Positions 1 to 13,600 of a DNA stretch of 64,000 bases are shown piece by piece. Made by a program: the position numbers and the translations under genes. Position 1 is the first letter of the stretch. The number at the start of each line of letters is the position of its first letter. The notes beneath the pieces were generated by a model. That model saw nothing but the letters and a program-made list of their open reading frames with translations, had not been told where the DNA came from and made no database searches. This stretch comes from a bacterium. GTDB taxonomy: Bacteria > Hinthialibacterota > Hinthialibacteria > Hinthialibacterales > Hinthialibacteraceae. The stretch spans positions 96,001 to 160,000 of the forward strand of contig JBHGBC010000001.1 in NCBI GenBank assembly GCA_041946805.1. The letters are read 5' to 3'.

Positions 1-814
1 GCACAACGTGCTTTTGGAAATGGGAGTGGAAGGAGGGATCGCAGGAGTATGGCTCTTCTTCTGGCTGCTCCTCGTTACCATCCATTGCCTGCGAGGGGCG
101 CAACGCCCAGCCAAGAACGATGCGCCCTATCCCTTCGCGGCACGGGGAGCGGTTCTGACATTTCTCCTGCTCTCCCTGGTCGATTTTCACAACAATTTAA
201 TGGAAATGTGGCTGGTCCCCGCGTTCCTGGCCGGTATCGCCACGGCGCGGCATATCCCCTCCGATGCTCCACCGCCCAATGAATGGCGCACTTTGGGACA
301 AGCCGCGAAAGGAGCGTCCGCCCTCTTCGCCGCCGGGCTGGTGGCTGTGTGGATCATCCTGGTCCTGCTCCGCTTCTGGAATGAAACCTACAAGGGCAAC
401 GCGTATTTTCTGGCCCTCGACGGACAGAAACCGGCCGCCCAGGCAGCGTATGAACGCGCTGTTTTTTTTGACCGGACCGATGCCGAATCGTGGAACCACC
501 TGGGCTACCTCTGGGCCGATACGCCCGGCCCCGCCGCGGTTTTCGAACGCCTCGCCTGCCTGAAACAATCGGTCCGCTGGTCGCCCCGCAGCGCCGCCTA
601 CCGCGCCGATTACGCCGACGCCCTCTTCGCCGCCGGCCACACCGGCCCAGCCCTGGAACAACTCCAAACCGCCCAACTTCTTTTTCCCTCCCGCCCCATT
701 TATCATGAAAGGCTGGCCCGGTATTACCGCCTGCTCGGCCGGGACGCCGAAGCCACCGAACTGGAACAAAAAGCCCAACACCTGAAAGAACTAATCGAGG
801 CACACCGCATATGA
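1..814 (+). CDS. Membrane protein with C-terminal TPR repeats, O-antigen-ligase-like; 5' end outside the window
   Basis: Frame is open from the window edge (HNVLLEMGVEGG resembles the Wzy_C 'HN..L....E.G' motif). Several hydrophobic helices are followed by TPR-like helices (AESWNHLGYLW, AYRADYADAL, YHERLARYY). Stop overlaps the ispG start (ATGA). Confidence 0.55.
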   Translation, partial: HNVLLEMGVEGGIAGVWLFFWLLLVTIHCLRGAQRPAKNDAPYPFAARGAVLTFLLLSLVDFHNNLMEMWLVPAFLAGIATARHIPSDAPPPNEWRTLGQAAKGASALFAAGLVAVWIILVLLRFWNETYKGNAYFLALDGQKPAAQAAYERAVFFDRTDAESWNHLGYLWADTPGPAAVFERLACLKQSVRWSPRSAAYRADYADALFAAGHTGPALEQLQTAQLLFPSRPIYHERLARYYRLLGRDAEATELEQKAQHLKELIEAHRI

Positions 815-1728
815 CCGCCGCCGCCCCCTTCCCCGCCCCCCGCGTGACGCGCGAACGCCGCAAAACCTCGCAGGTCACGGTCCGGAACATCCGCGTCGGG
901 GGAGACGCCCCCATCGCCGTCCAGACCATGGTCAAGGTCCCGACCACCGGCTACGACGCGGTGATGCGGGAAATCGAAGCGTCCATGACCATCTACCCCG
1001 AAGATCTGCCGGAAAGGGAACAAAACATCCTCAAGGAAATCCAATGCTGGGAAGATGCCTGTGCTCTGGCCCCCTTCCATTGCGACATCACCCGGGTCAG
1101 CGTGCCCGACGAGGATTCCGCCGGGACGTTTGCGCGCATCGTCCGGAATTCGCCGATTCCCATTGTTTCCGACATCCACTTCCGCCCTCCCATGGCCCTG
1201 GCGGCGCTCGAGGCGGGAACCGACAAGCTGCGCATCAATCCCGGTAACATCCGCGATCCCAAATTGCTGCGGCGCATCGCCCGCGAAGCCATGGACCGCA
1301 AGACTCCCATCCGCGTGGGTGTCAACGCCGGCTCGCTCGACAAGAACCTGCTGGACCGCTACGGTAACCACTCGGCCGAGGCGCTGGCCTTGAGCGCGGC
1401 CAACTCCGTGCGGCTGATGGAAGAGGAGGGCGTCACGGACATCGTGGTGTCGCTGAAGGCCAACGACGCCCGCTGGACGGTGGACGCCTACCGCATCTTC
1501 GCCGAAAAATCCACCTATCCCCTGCACCTGGGCGTCACCGAGGCGGGATGCGGCCGCGCGGCCGTCGTCAACTCCTGGGCCGGCCTGGGCACGCTGCTGC
1601 AGATGGGCATCGGCGACACCATCCGCATTTCGCTGACCGAGGATTCCCGCCTGGAAGTGGTGGTGGGGCACCTCTTGCTGCATTACCTGGGCCTGCCGCG
1701 CTACACCACCCCCGGCGGGGAGGCCTGA
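811..1728 (+). CDS. ispG: IspG/GcpE (HMBPP synthase) TIM-barrel domain only; C-terminal [4Fe-4S] domain absent
   Basis: Motifs VGGDAPIAVQTM, SDIHF, LRINPGNI, IRVGVNAGSL, YPLHLGVTEAG and GIGDTIRISLT are present. The protein ends at 305 aa with no CPxCGR motif. Confidence 0.85.
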   Translation: MTAAAPFPAPRVTRERRKTSQVTVRNIRVGGDAPIAVQTMVKVPTTGYDAVMREIEASMTIYPEDLPEREQNILKEIQCWEDACALAPFHCDITRVSVPDEDSAGTFARIVRNSPIPIVSDIHFRPPMALAALEAGTDKLRINPGNIRDPKLLRRIAREAMDRKTPIRVGVNAGSLDKNLLDRYGNHSAEALALSAANSVRLMEEEGVTDIVVSLKANDARWTVDAYRIFAEKSTYPLHLGVTEAGCGRAAVVNSWAGLGTLLQMGIGDTIRISLTEDSRLEVVVGHLLLHYLGLPRYTTPGGEA

Positions 1729-1797
1729 CATTCAGGTAACGAACGAAATCCTTTCCCCCTTGAGTAAACCTGTTTTAGTATGATTTCTCCCCGCGAT

Positions 1798-1824
1798 GCC
1801 ATCCTCGCGAAAGCGGGGATCCAG
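1798..1824. repeat. REP-like palindrome, family E (GYCATCCYCGCGnAAGCGGGGATCCAG), copy 1
   Basis: gccatcctcgcgaaagcggggatccag, nearly identical to 52230-52256; intergenic hairpin. Confidence 0.7.
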
Positions 1825-2004
1825 CTATTGTAGGGCAGGCGGTTCGCCCGCCCGGTTCTTTTTCTTTTCGTCCTGGTTTGATTCCTTCCCCGAGGACCGG
1901 GGGAGACGAGGAGGGGGATTGACGAGCCTCTTCCGGCCCGGCCAAGGACCAGATGATAGCCGCCTTGGATTTTTAACTCAGGAAAACAACAACCATCGCC
2001 CGCC

Positions 2005-2553
2005 TCATGCCTTCGCGGACACGGCGGTCTCTTCATCGGCGGTGATGTGTTCCAACGCCCGGGCGGCCAGCAGGGCGAAGCGGGATTTGCCGTTGGCGAT
2101 CTGCTGTAGAATGGGGATGGCGGGGGCCGCCCGCAGGTCTTCCAAGAGATAAATCAGGTTGGGATCGATCTTGCCGGTTTTCCGCTGATCATCCAGGATT
2201 TCGATGAGAGCCTGAATTTCCGGCTCTTGCGCGTGCTTGCGGAGATAGACGAACGCCAACCGGGATTCGGCGTGCACGGGGCTGCCCACCCGCTCCACCC
2301 GCTCCCGGGGTGACAGTCCCGCCGCCCAGGCTGCCGCCCGCTTTTCCAGGCGGCCGGCGTAAATCACGAAACCCGCCGCGGCGAGCAGCAACAGCACCGC
2401 GCTGCCCACCACCACGCCGAAAAAGAGCGGCGAATCGAACAACTTCGCGATGGGCATGTACGTATCGAAGAAGCCCTCTTCCTCGTTCACCTGGGCGAAC
2501 GCGGCCACGGAGGACAGGAGGAGCACGGCCAAGGCGCAAGCTCGGTTCATCAT
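2005..2553 (-). CDS. Hypothetical membrane protein with signal peptide, one TM helix and a HEAT-like C-terminus
   Basis: Start re-called at MMNRACAL, 10 nt after the nadE stop. Signal peptide (AAFA|Q), TM segment FFGVVVGSAVLLLLAAAGFVIY, and HEAT-like segments (AIPILQQIA...LAARALEHI). Confidence 0.6.
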   Translation of the reverse strand: MMNRACALAVLLLSSVAAFAQVNEEEGFFDTYMPIAKLFDSPLFFGVVVGSAVLLLLAAAGFVIYAGRLEKRAAAWAAGLSPRERVERVGSPVHAESRLAFVYLRKHAQEPEIQALIEILDDQRKTGKIDPNLIYLLEDLRAAPAIPILQQIANGKSRFALLAARALEHITADEETAVSAKA

Positions 2554-2563
2554 CGGTTTCCCA

Positions 2564-4342
2564 TTACGATCGGTATTTGTTGGTGACCGGCAGGCGGCGG
2601 TCGCTGCCAAACGCCTTCGAAGTCACCCGCAAGACAATGGCGGCCTGCCGGCGTTTGTATTCCGCCCGGTCCACCAGGTTGACCACCCGCTTGACCATCT
2701 CCACATCGTATCCCAGCTCCACGATTTCGGCAATGCTGCAATCCTGTTCGATGTAGGCATGCAGAATGCCGTCCAACCAATCGTATTCCGGCAAACTGTC
2801 CGTGTCGAACTGGTTCTCGCGCAGTTCGGCCGAGGGCGGCTTCACCAATATGTTCTCCGGAATGAGCGGCCGGCCCGCCGTCCGGTTGCGGTACCGGCTC
2901 ATGGCGTACACCCAGGTCTTGGGCACGTCGCCGATGACCGCCAGCCCCCCGCACATGTCGCCGTACAGCGTGGCGTATCCCACCGCCAGTTCCGACTTGT
3001 TGCCCGTCGCCAGCACCAGGTACCCGAATTTGTTGGACAACGCCATCAGGATATTGCCGCGGATGCGGGACTGCAGGTTCTCCTCGGTGATGTCGGGCGC
3101 GCGGCCCTGGAATTCCTCTTGCAACAGTTCGAGATACCGGGTGAAGAGCGGCTCGATGGCGAACCGCTTGAACCGGATGCCCAGATTGCGGGCCAACTGC
3201 TCGGCATCGGTCTGGCTGTGTGCCGAGGAAAAATGGCTGGGCATGGAGACTCCCACCACCGCGCCGCTCCCCAGGGCGTCGGCGGCGATGACGGCCACCA
3301 GGGCGGAATCGATGCCCCCGCTGAGGCCGACGACCACTTCGTGAAATCCGTTTTTCCGCACGTAATCCCGCACTCCGAGCACCAGCGCCTGGTAGGCTTC
3401 CGCGATGGGGTCGTGGGAGCGGACAACCGGTTGCGGCAGAAAGGGATTGCGGCTCAGGTCGAGGGCCGATGCGGTTTTGGCGACCGCCGCCGTGCGCCCC
3501 GGCGAATCGATCAGCCGCACCGGCTCGCGGCCGGGCATTTCGCTCGGCACGACATCCCGCTGGATGGGCACCGCCAGCCGCCCGCGGTTGATTTCCTCGA
3601 AGCGGATGTCCGCCACGATCAGATCTTCCTCGAAGGCCCGGGCCTGGGCCAGGATCTGCCCCTGCGGCGAGACGATCAGGCTGTTGCCGTCGAAGATCAG
3701 CTCATCCTGCCCCCCCACCTGGTTGCAAAACACCATGCCGATGGCATGGTCCTGGCACCGGCTCTTCACCAGGGTTTCGCGTTCCAGGCCGCGGTTGACG
3801 CTGAAGGGCGAGGCGGAGAGGCAGACGATCAGGTCCAGCCCGGCAGTGGCGATGTTGGCCACGGTTTCCGGATGCCACACGTCCTCGCAGATCAACACGC
3901 CCACGCGGGCGATGTCCGTCTCGAAAACCGAGAGGAACTCCCCGCGCCGGAAATAACGCTTCTCGTCGAAGACCCGGTAATTGGGCAGCCCCACCTTGCG
4001 GGCGAAATCCACCAGGCGGCCGTCATGGATCACGGCGGCGGCGTTGTAACTGTCGCCCGCGCGGATCACCAGGCCCGCCACCACCAGTAGGCCCTCCGTC
4101 TCGGGGATGATTTGTTCGAGATACTCCCGCTGGTCGGAGATGAACTGGGTCTTGAGCAGCAGGTCCTTGGGCGGATAGCCGCAGACGGCCAGCTCGGGAA
4201 ACGCGAGGATCTGGATCTCCCGCTCCCGCGCCCGGCGGATCCAATCCCGGATTTTTTGGGTGTTGCCCGGCAGATCGCCGACCGTGGTGTTGATCTGGGC
4301 GGCGCCCACGCGGATGAAGGAGGTGGATCGGTTCGCTGTCAT
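2564..4342 (-). CDS. nadE: Glutamine-dependent NAD+ synthetase
   Basis: N-terminal nitrilase domain with E-K-C triad (FPEL, RKVGLPNY, ICEDVW). Synthetase motifs GLSGGIDS, ENLQSRIRG, TGNKSE, PSAEL and EYKRRQ. Confidence 0.95.
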   Translation of the reverse strand: MTANRSTSFIRVGAAQINTTVGDLPGNTQKIRDWIRRAREREIQILAFPELAVCGYPPKDLLLKTQFISDQREYLEQIIPETEGLLVVAGLVIRAGDSYNAAAVIHDGRLVDFARKVGLPNYRVFDEKRYFRRGEFLSVFETDIARVGVLICEDVWHPETVANIATAGLDLIVCLSASPFSVNRGLERETLVKSRCQDHAIGMVFCNQVGGQDELIFDGNSLIVSPQGQILAQARAFEEDLIVADIRFEEINRGRLAVPIQRDVVPSEMPGREPVRLIDSPGRTAAVAKTASALDLSRNPFLPQPVVRSHDPIAEAYQALVLGVRDYVRKNGFHEVVVGLSGGIDSALVAVIAADALGSGAVVGVSMPSHFSSAHSQTDAEQLARNLGIRFKRFAIEPLFTRYLELLQEEFQGRAPDITEENLQSRIRGNILMALSNKFGYLVLATGNKSELAVGYATLYGDMCGGLAVIGDVPKTWVYAMSRYRNRTAGRPLIPENILVKPPSAELRENQFDTDSLPEYDWLDGILHAYIEQDCSIAEIVELGYDVEMVKRVVNLVDRAEYKRRQAAIVLRVTSKAFGSDRRLPVTNKYRS

Positions 4343-4454
4343 GATCGTCGGCGGGGACCTCGGCCCCTAGCGCCCGGGATAGTTGACCGGGACTCGCCCC
4401 GTTCGTCAAGCCTCTGCTCTGGCTCCATTCGGCATTCCAGAATGGTTTCCCTGC

Positions 4455-6296
4455 TCATGGCTTGATGATCCGCTGGGGCTTCTGGGGATCCCGAAAATCC
4501 AGGATCAGGGACCATTCCCGCCATTCGGCCTTGAACAACCCGCTGCCGTATTGCGATTGCGTGAAGGGACTGGAAAAGAGTTGAAAGGACGGATCCCGGG
4601 GCGGATCCATCACCCGGCCGTTGACCTGGAACTCGCCGCCGTCGAGGGGGAACAGAAACACATCCCCCCGGCGGGACACGTAGGTCACCGAATCCGTGTC
4701 GATTTCCAGCGGGGATTGCAGGACATCCTTCTTGAATTGCTCGAAGGAGGCGAAATGGGCGGCCTCCTCGACTTCCAATAACAAGCCGGCGTTCAAATCC
4801 TGGAAGGCCAGGATCGAGGCGTTGTCGATGAAACTCTGGCGGGATTCCGCGGTCCGCCACCAGTACCCGCGTCCGGTGATGGGCCGGAACGCCATGAAGA
4901 CATCCCCCAGGCGGGCAAACCACCACGCCTCTTCCTGCGACACGGCCACGAACGCATCCGGAATCCAGACCCGGGTGGGGAGCTGGACATGACGGAGGTC
5001 GGCCCGGTTCCCCGTTTTGCCGGCATCGGCCCGCTTCCGGTCGGACCGGTGATACTGGCAAAACAGCACGTTTTTGTATTGCAGGCAGGTGCTGTTCCAT
5101 AGGTAATACTCCCCATTCAGGGGGGGGCGGCTGCCACTGAACAACTGGTCTCCCGTGAAGGAGAAGAAATGATGCCCCATCCCTTCCGCGTCCGTCACCA
5201 AGAGGTCCCAGGGCCGGGATTGCCAGGGAACCGGTTCGTCCCGCAGGTAAAAGGAACCCAAAATGAAGGAAGGCGCCGCGTACTGATAGAGAAAGCCCGC
5301 ATCGGAATCCGTGGAACCGGCCAGGGCGCGGTGGTAGCGGTTCTTGATCTCATACGCGCCCCGCCCCGCCGGATCGCACGCCAGGCGGACCAGCACGGGC
5401 GGCGGGCGATACCCGGTGTGCCCCAGGATCAAGGTCAAGGCGTTGATCGCGCCGTCCGGACCCGGGGGCAGGGGATCGCCGAACCAAAGGGTGTGCAGCC
5501 GTTCGCCCGGCAACGGGCCGAGCGACTCGAACGACCGCAGCCGCGCGCCGCCCCAGTGACCGCGAATCGATTCCTGGGCCAGATCGGCGGTGATGTAATC
5601 GCACACCGCATCGGCCTTGGTGCGCAACAGGCCGTCGCCGGTGAAGTCCCGCAGATTGAGCAAGGCCGCCAGGATATAGCTGGTATAGACCGAACCGCGC
5701 TCTTCCAGGCCCTGGCGCAGGCGCCGGTCGAGCCATTGATGGGCGTCTTTTTGATATTGACTCAACAGGGCTTTGTTGGTCATCGTGTTCGGCCAGGCGA
5801 ATTCCGGAGTCGTGTCGGCCACGTGCTGCGCCCATAACAGCAGGAGCGACGTTTCCAGGATTTGGCGGCTTTCCGGCGAATAGGGATCGGCCATGGGCGA
5901 CAGCGAGGCGGTCTCCCGGTTCAGGATGAAGTCCGCCATTTGCCGTTCCAAGTGATTCCGCGCCGCCGCTTCCAGCCGGTTTTCCTGCTGGGCATACCCC
6001 CGCAGAATCCGGAGAATTACCGGATATTGCAGCAGGCTGGCTTCCCGGTCATCGAAGGTTTGGAGCAGCTGGTTGGCGCGGGGAAGGTCCCGGTTCAAAA
6101 ACAGCAGAGCGGCCCCCACTTCCATGGAGGCGCCGGACACCGTGGCGGCGATTTCCTCCAGGCATTGGATCTGCCGCTCCGGGAATTGGCGGATCCGGCT
6201 TTGCGCGTCCTCTTCCACGGCGGCCGCGCCCAGGCTGATCCCGGCGCAACCGGCCCCTACGAGACACGCCATATAGACAGGACGGAAAAATCTCAT
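4455..6296 (-). CDS. Secreted hypothetical protein (helical N-half, aromatic beta-rich C-half)
   Basis: 613-aa ORF with a signal peptide, co-oriented between gyrB and nadE; no catalytic motif recognised. Confidence 0.65.
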   Translation of the reverse strand: MRFFRPVYMACLVGAGCAGISLGAAAVEEDAQSRIRQFPERQIQCLEEIAATVSGASMEVGAALLFLNRDLPRANQLLQTFDDREASLLQYPVILRILRGYAQQENRLEAAARNHLERQMADFILNRETASLSPMADPYSPESRQILETSLLLLWAQHVADTTPEFAWPNTMTNKALLSQYQKDAHQWLDRRLRQGLEERGSVYTSYILAALLNLRDFTGDGLLRTKADAVCDYITADLAQESIRGHWGGARLRSFESLGPLPGERLHTLWFGDPLPPGPDGAINALTLILGHTGYRPPPVLVRLACDPAGRGAYEIKNRYHRALAGSTDSDAGFLYQYAAPSFILGSFYLRDEPVPWQSRPWDLLVTDAEGMGHHFFSFTGDQLFSGSRPPLNGEYYLWNSTCLQYKNVLFCQYHRSDRKRADAGKTGNRADLRHVQLPTRVWIPDAFVAVSQEEAWWFARLGDVFMAFRPITGRGYWWRTAESRQSFIDNASILAFQDLNAGLLLEVEEAAHFASFEQFKKDVLQSPLEIDTDSVTYVSRRGDVFLFPLDGGEFQVNGRVMDPPRDPSFQLFSSPFTQSQYGSGLFKAEWREWSLILDFRDPQKPQRIIKP

Positions 6297-6428
6297 GCCA
6301 TGCGTCTCTGCGGGAAGCGGGATCCTTCCGCCCGAAAGGACACCCCGGCGGAGGCATGGAGCCGGAATCTCTCCCCCGGCCCGCGGCCCGCGTTCACGGG
6401 AAATTCAAATGGTCTGGAGCCCCCGCCC

Positions 6429-8987
<2,559 letters not shown>

Positions 8988-9296
8988 TCATCAGGTCTAT
9001 CGCAGTCCGGTACGCCTCGAACCCGGGCATGAAATGATTCTGGATCGAGAATAGGAATGTCTAAACTACATAAGTATAATGGAATGAGTTATAAACGTCA
9101 AGATTCGCAAACTGGCCCCCTCCCCGCGAAATGCATTCTCTCCAAGTTACGTCCCTTATGGCAGTTAGGTATAATTGAGTAGAATGCCCGCGGGTTCCCC
9201 ACGGCGTCCGGCGGGATGCCGCCCGGGGATTTTTCCGCTCCCGGGATTTCGCCCGATTTCCCCGGCGGGTTTGTAGAAAAGGAAATCTTCACCGCC

Positions 9297-10466
9297 ATGA
9301 CCACCCGACTCCTCCTTCTGGGCTCCACGGGTTCCATCGGCCGCCAATGCCTGGAGGTGGTGCGCGCGCATTCCGGCCGCTTTGAGATCGCAGCGCTGGC
9401 CACCAACACCCGGCACGAAGCCCTGCTGGAACAATACCGCGAATTTGAACCCCGCTATCTCGCCATCGCCGACGAAACCGCGGCGCGCCAATTCCCCCGC
9501 CACCTCCTGCGGGACGGCACGGTGTTTCTGTCCGGCCCGGACGCGTTGACCGAACTGATCCGCGGCGCCGAGGCCGACGTGGCGGTCATCGCCACCGTGG
9601 GCGCCGCCGGATTCCGGCCCACTTTCGCGGCGGTCGAGGCGGGCCGGCGCGTCGCCCTGGCCAACAAGGAAGTGCTGGCCATGGCTGGCGGCCTCCTGAT
9701 GCAAAGCGCCCGTTCCCGGGGCGTGCCCATCATCCCCATCGACAGCGAACACAGCGCCGTCATGCAATGCCTCCAGTGCGGCGAAGCCGGCGAAGTCGAA
9801 CGGATCATCCTCACCGCCTCGGGCGGCCCCTTCCGGGGTAAAAAACCTTCCGAATTCGAAAACGTCTCCATCCAGGAAGCCTTGAAACATCCCACCTGGG
9901 CCATGGGAGCCAAGATCACCATCGATTCGGCCACCCTCTTCAACAAGGGCCTGGAAGTCATCGAGGCCCATCATTTGTTCAACATGCCCCTGGACCGCAT
10001 CGACGTCGTCGTGCATCCCCAATCCATCATCCATTCCATGGTCGAATTCCGCGACGGTTCGATCCTGGCCCAACTCGGCGACGCTGACATGCGTACTCCC
10101 ATCCAGTACGCCCTCTCCTATCCCCGCCGGATTTCCCGCTCCGGCCGCAAACTGAACCTCCTGGACATCGCCCAACTCACCTTTTTCCCGCCGGATCTCC
10201 AGAGCTTCCGCTGCCTCGCCATCGCCTACGAGGCCGCGCGCGTGGGCGGCACCATGCCGGCCTATATGTCGGTGGCCAACGAGGAACTGGTGGACGCCTA
10301 TCTGAAAGACAAAATCTGTTTCGGCGCCATCCCCCGCTTCTTGGAAGAAAGCCTGAGCCATCACGCCGTGATCCAGGACTACACGCTGGACGACATCCAC
10401 GCCGTGGACCGTGAATCCCGCCGGGTGACGCGCGAAATCATCGCCCGCGCCCGCGTCAAGCGGTAA
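9297..10466 (+). CDS. dxr: 1-deoxy-D-xylulose 5-phosphate reductoisomerase
   Basis: Motifs LGSTGSIG, ALANKE, PIDSEHSA, LTASGGPF, HPTWAMGAKITIDSAT, NKGLE and HPQSIIHS. Start re-called at MTTRLL. Confidence 0.97.
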   Translation: MTTRLLLLGSTGSIGRQCLEVVRAHSGRFEIAALATNTRHEALLEQYREFEPRYLAIADETAARQFPRHLLRDGTVFLSGPDALTELIRGAEADVAVIATVGAAGFRPTFAAVEAGRRVALANKEVLAMAGGLLMQSARSRGVPIIPIDSEHSAVMQCLQCGEAGEVERIILTASGGPFRGKKPSEFENVSIQEALKHPTWAMGAKITIDSATLFNKGLEVIEAHHLFNMPLDRIDVVVHPQSIIHSMVEFRDGSILAQLGDADMRTPIQYALSYPRRISRSGRKLNLLDIAQLTFFPPDLQSFRCLAIAYEAARVGGTMPAYMSVANEELVDAYLKDKICFGAIPRFLEESLSHHAVIQDYTLDDIHAVDRESRRVTREIIARARVKR

Positions 10467-10625
10467 ATCCCTCCGGCCATCCCCTGCCTCTGTCTCCATC
10501 CCCCCCATCCTGGGATCCCCTTGCCAAAATACCCAAACAAATATAAGAATGACTAGATTTATATAACAACTCATCTTTGATTCATCCCCCAGATACAATC
10601 CTTCGCGAAACAGGAAAGGCCGATC

Positions 10626-13600
10626 ATGAAAAAGAACTCTCCTCGTGTTTGGATCCTGGGTTTCTGCCTGACCGGAATCCTGGCTGGCATGGCGTGGCTC
10701 ACCGCCTCCTTCGCTCCCCCCACCCCGGCCCGGATCCTCTTCCAGATCTCCGCCGCGGAAAAAGCCCGGCTGCTTGCCGCGGCGAAACCGCCCCGTCCCG
10801 CGCCAGCGAACCAATTGCCTTCCAAATTTACAACCCCTCCGCAAAAGACACGTTCGGCTCAAGCCCCCGATCCGGCAACCGCCAAAGTATCCCTGGCCGG
10901 ACTCACGCCCAACCTTCCCCGGCCGCAAACCGTCCCGGCCATGCCGCCCGGCAATGCTCCGAACGCCGCTCCCCGGAAATTGCGGGGCCTGCCGCGCGGC
11001 AGCGGGCGAACGGTCCCCGATCCCTACCAGCAGCAAGCCATCGGCCGGCTGCTGGATCAATTGGGCCCGGAAGCGGATCTGCAAATGGACAATCTGAGCC
11101 GCACGCTGCGCTGCCTGCGCGGCGATCTCTCACGGGTGGTGGCCAATTCGGAAACCTACCGTCAGGCCCGTTCGCGGGGGGACTTCGGGGCGATGGCCCT
11201 GGCCCTGGCCGGCGAGCTGAACGTGGTGATGAACATCCGCGATCCCCGGGATGAATTTTCCACTGAAAAGGTGTCGCGCGACGAACTCGGCATGACCCAC
11301 GTTCTTTTGCAGCAGAAGTACAAAGACCTGCCCGTGTGGGGGGCGCAGGTGGGTGTTCATTTCAATCAAATGGACAATCCGATTCAAATTTCCGGCGTCT
11401 ACACGTCCACGCCGGTGTGGATGCCGGAACCGGCCCGCCGGATCGGTCCCCGGACCGCCATTCAAAAAGCCCAGGAAGAGTTACAGACTACCGGTCCCGG
11501 CCTGGTCCAACCCACGGCGGAACCGATGATCTACTGGGATCTCGACCGGGCGCCGGAAATGACGTACCGGGTTGATCTCACACCTTCCCTGGCCGCGCAT
11601 TGGCAGGTATTCGTCTCCATGGAATCGGGCCGGATCGTCCACAAACTCCAGGCCATCTGCTCCCAGGCCGCGACCGGCCAGTCGCCCGATCTCAACAACC
11701 AGCCCCGGACCGTGAACTGCTGGAACGATAACGGTGTCTATTACGCGATCGACACGTCGCGGCCGATTTACAATTCCCAGTCTCAGCCGCCGGTTTTCTC
11801 GAAAATACAGGGCGCTCTCATGGTTCTCGACGCACAGAACCAGGATGTAAGCACCTTGAATCAGATTCCCATCGCCCGGTCCTCGGACGTCAACCGATGG
11901 GATCCCACGGTGGTCAGCGTCTTGAGCAATTTTGCCACGGTGGAGGAATATTACCGCCAAACCTTCAATCGCAACTCGATCGACGGCAAGGGGATGAGCA
12001 TCGTGGGGATCGTCCATGCCCGATTCAAGGACGCCAATGGGAACCCGAACAGCGATAACGCGTTTTGGAGTTCCAGCCTCCAGATGATGATGTTCGGCGA
12101 CGGAGAACAAGATTTCAAAAATTTGCCGGAGGGTTTGGATGTCACCGGACATGAACTGACGCACGGTGTGATCAACCACTCGGCCAACTTGATCTACGAG
12201 AACCAATCCGGGGCTTTGAACGAGCACCTGGCCGATCTGTTTGGAACCATGGTGGATCCCGGTGACTGGCTGATCGGAGAAGATATCGTGGCGCGGGGCG
12301 AGGCCTTGCGGGATATGCAGGATCCCCACAACCCCAATGTGCAGTCACCTCAGCCCAAAATCATGGCGGAATATCAAAACCTGGCCAACACGCCGCAAAC
12401 CGACAACGGCGGCGTGCACGTCAATTCGGGCATCCCGAACTACATGTCCTACTTGCTGACGGATGGGCCCAACGGCGTCGGCCGCGACAAGTCCCAGCGG
12501 ATCCTCTATCGGGCCATGACGGAGTACCTGACCCAACGCTCGCAGTTCCTCGATTACCGGCGGGCCGTCCTGTCCGCCGCCAAGGACCTCTACGGAGACA
12601 ACAGCCCGGAAACCCAGGCAGTAAACAGCGCCTTCGACGCCGTGGGCATCGTGGATGGCGAAACGCCGGGACCCACCGAACCCACTCCCGCCCCCACCGG
12701 GCAGGAACAAGTGGTGTTTCTGGCCGCCGATCCCAATATCTTCCAGCAGAACGGCGAAATCCATTACCTGCTGGTCTTGTATGATAACGGCCAGTTCACG
12801 CTGGTTTCCCCCCGCTACGTGTCCAACACGCGCCCGGCGATCTCGGGTGATGGTTCGTTTGGGCTGTACGTGGATGAAACGCACAACCTCTACCTCACGG
12901 ATGGAATCAACGAACAGCTGATCCGGGGCCAGAACGACATCCGCACCATCGCCCTGTCCAAGGACCTCCGGTACGTGGCCTACACCACCACGCCGGAAGA
13001 CAACCTGATCCATGTGCGGAACATGAAAACCGGCGAGGAACGGACCGCCGAACTGAACATCCCCCGCGTGGACGGCAATCTCGAAGCGCTGGATTACGCC
13101 GACGTGCTGACCTTCAATCACCGCGGCGATTATCTGATCTTCGACGCCGTCCATAACGGCGTGTGGGGCCTCTACTCGCTGCGCGTGGTGGACCTGGCCG
13201 CGCAGCAGGTGGCGGCCAACACGCCCGGGGAACAGCTGGGCAATCCCATCTTCGCGAACTACAACGATTCGCTCCTCCTGGCCGATTATTTCGTGAGCCA
13301 GGGCGGCCAAACCGCGGTGGCCATGATCGCCCTGGATTTCGACACCAATCAAATGGGAATCCTGCAGGGAGGCTTGAACATCGCCGCCCATCCCACCTTC
13401 CGCGGCGATGACCAGCGCGTCGTCTTCCGGAGCGGCAACCCGGACCAGAACGCCTACTTTCTCTACGAAGCGGAACTGCAGGAGGGCGAGGTGGCGCTGA
13501 AACCCAATTCCCAGAAACAAATCGCCACATTCAATCTCCCCTTCTCCTACCCCATCGGCTTCCAGGTGGGAACCTACACGCCCGTGGAAGGCAAGATCGC

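Noticed and set aside
1700..1800. Frameshifted continuation of ispG
   Set aside because: No CxxC or CPxCGR coding in any forward frame after the stop; the sequence turns into REP elements.
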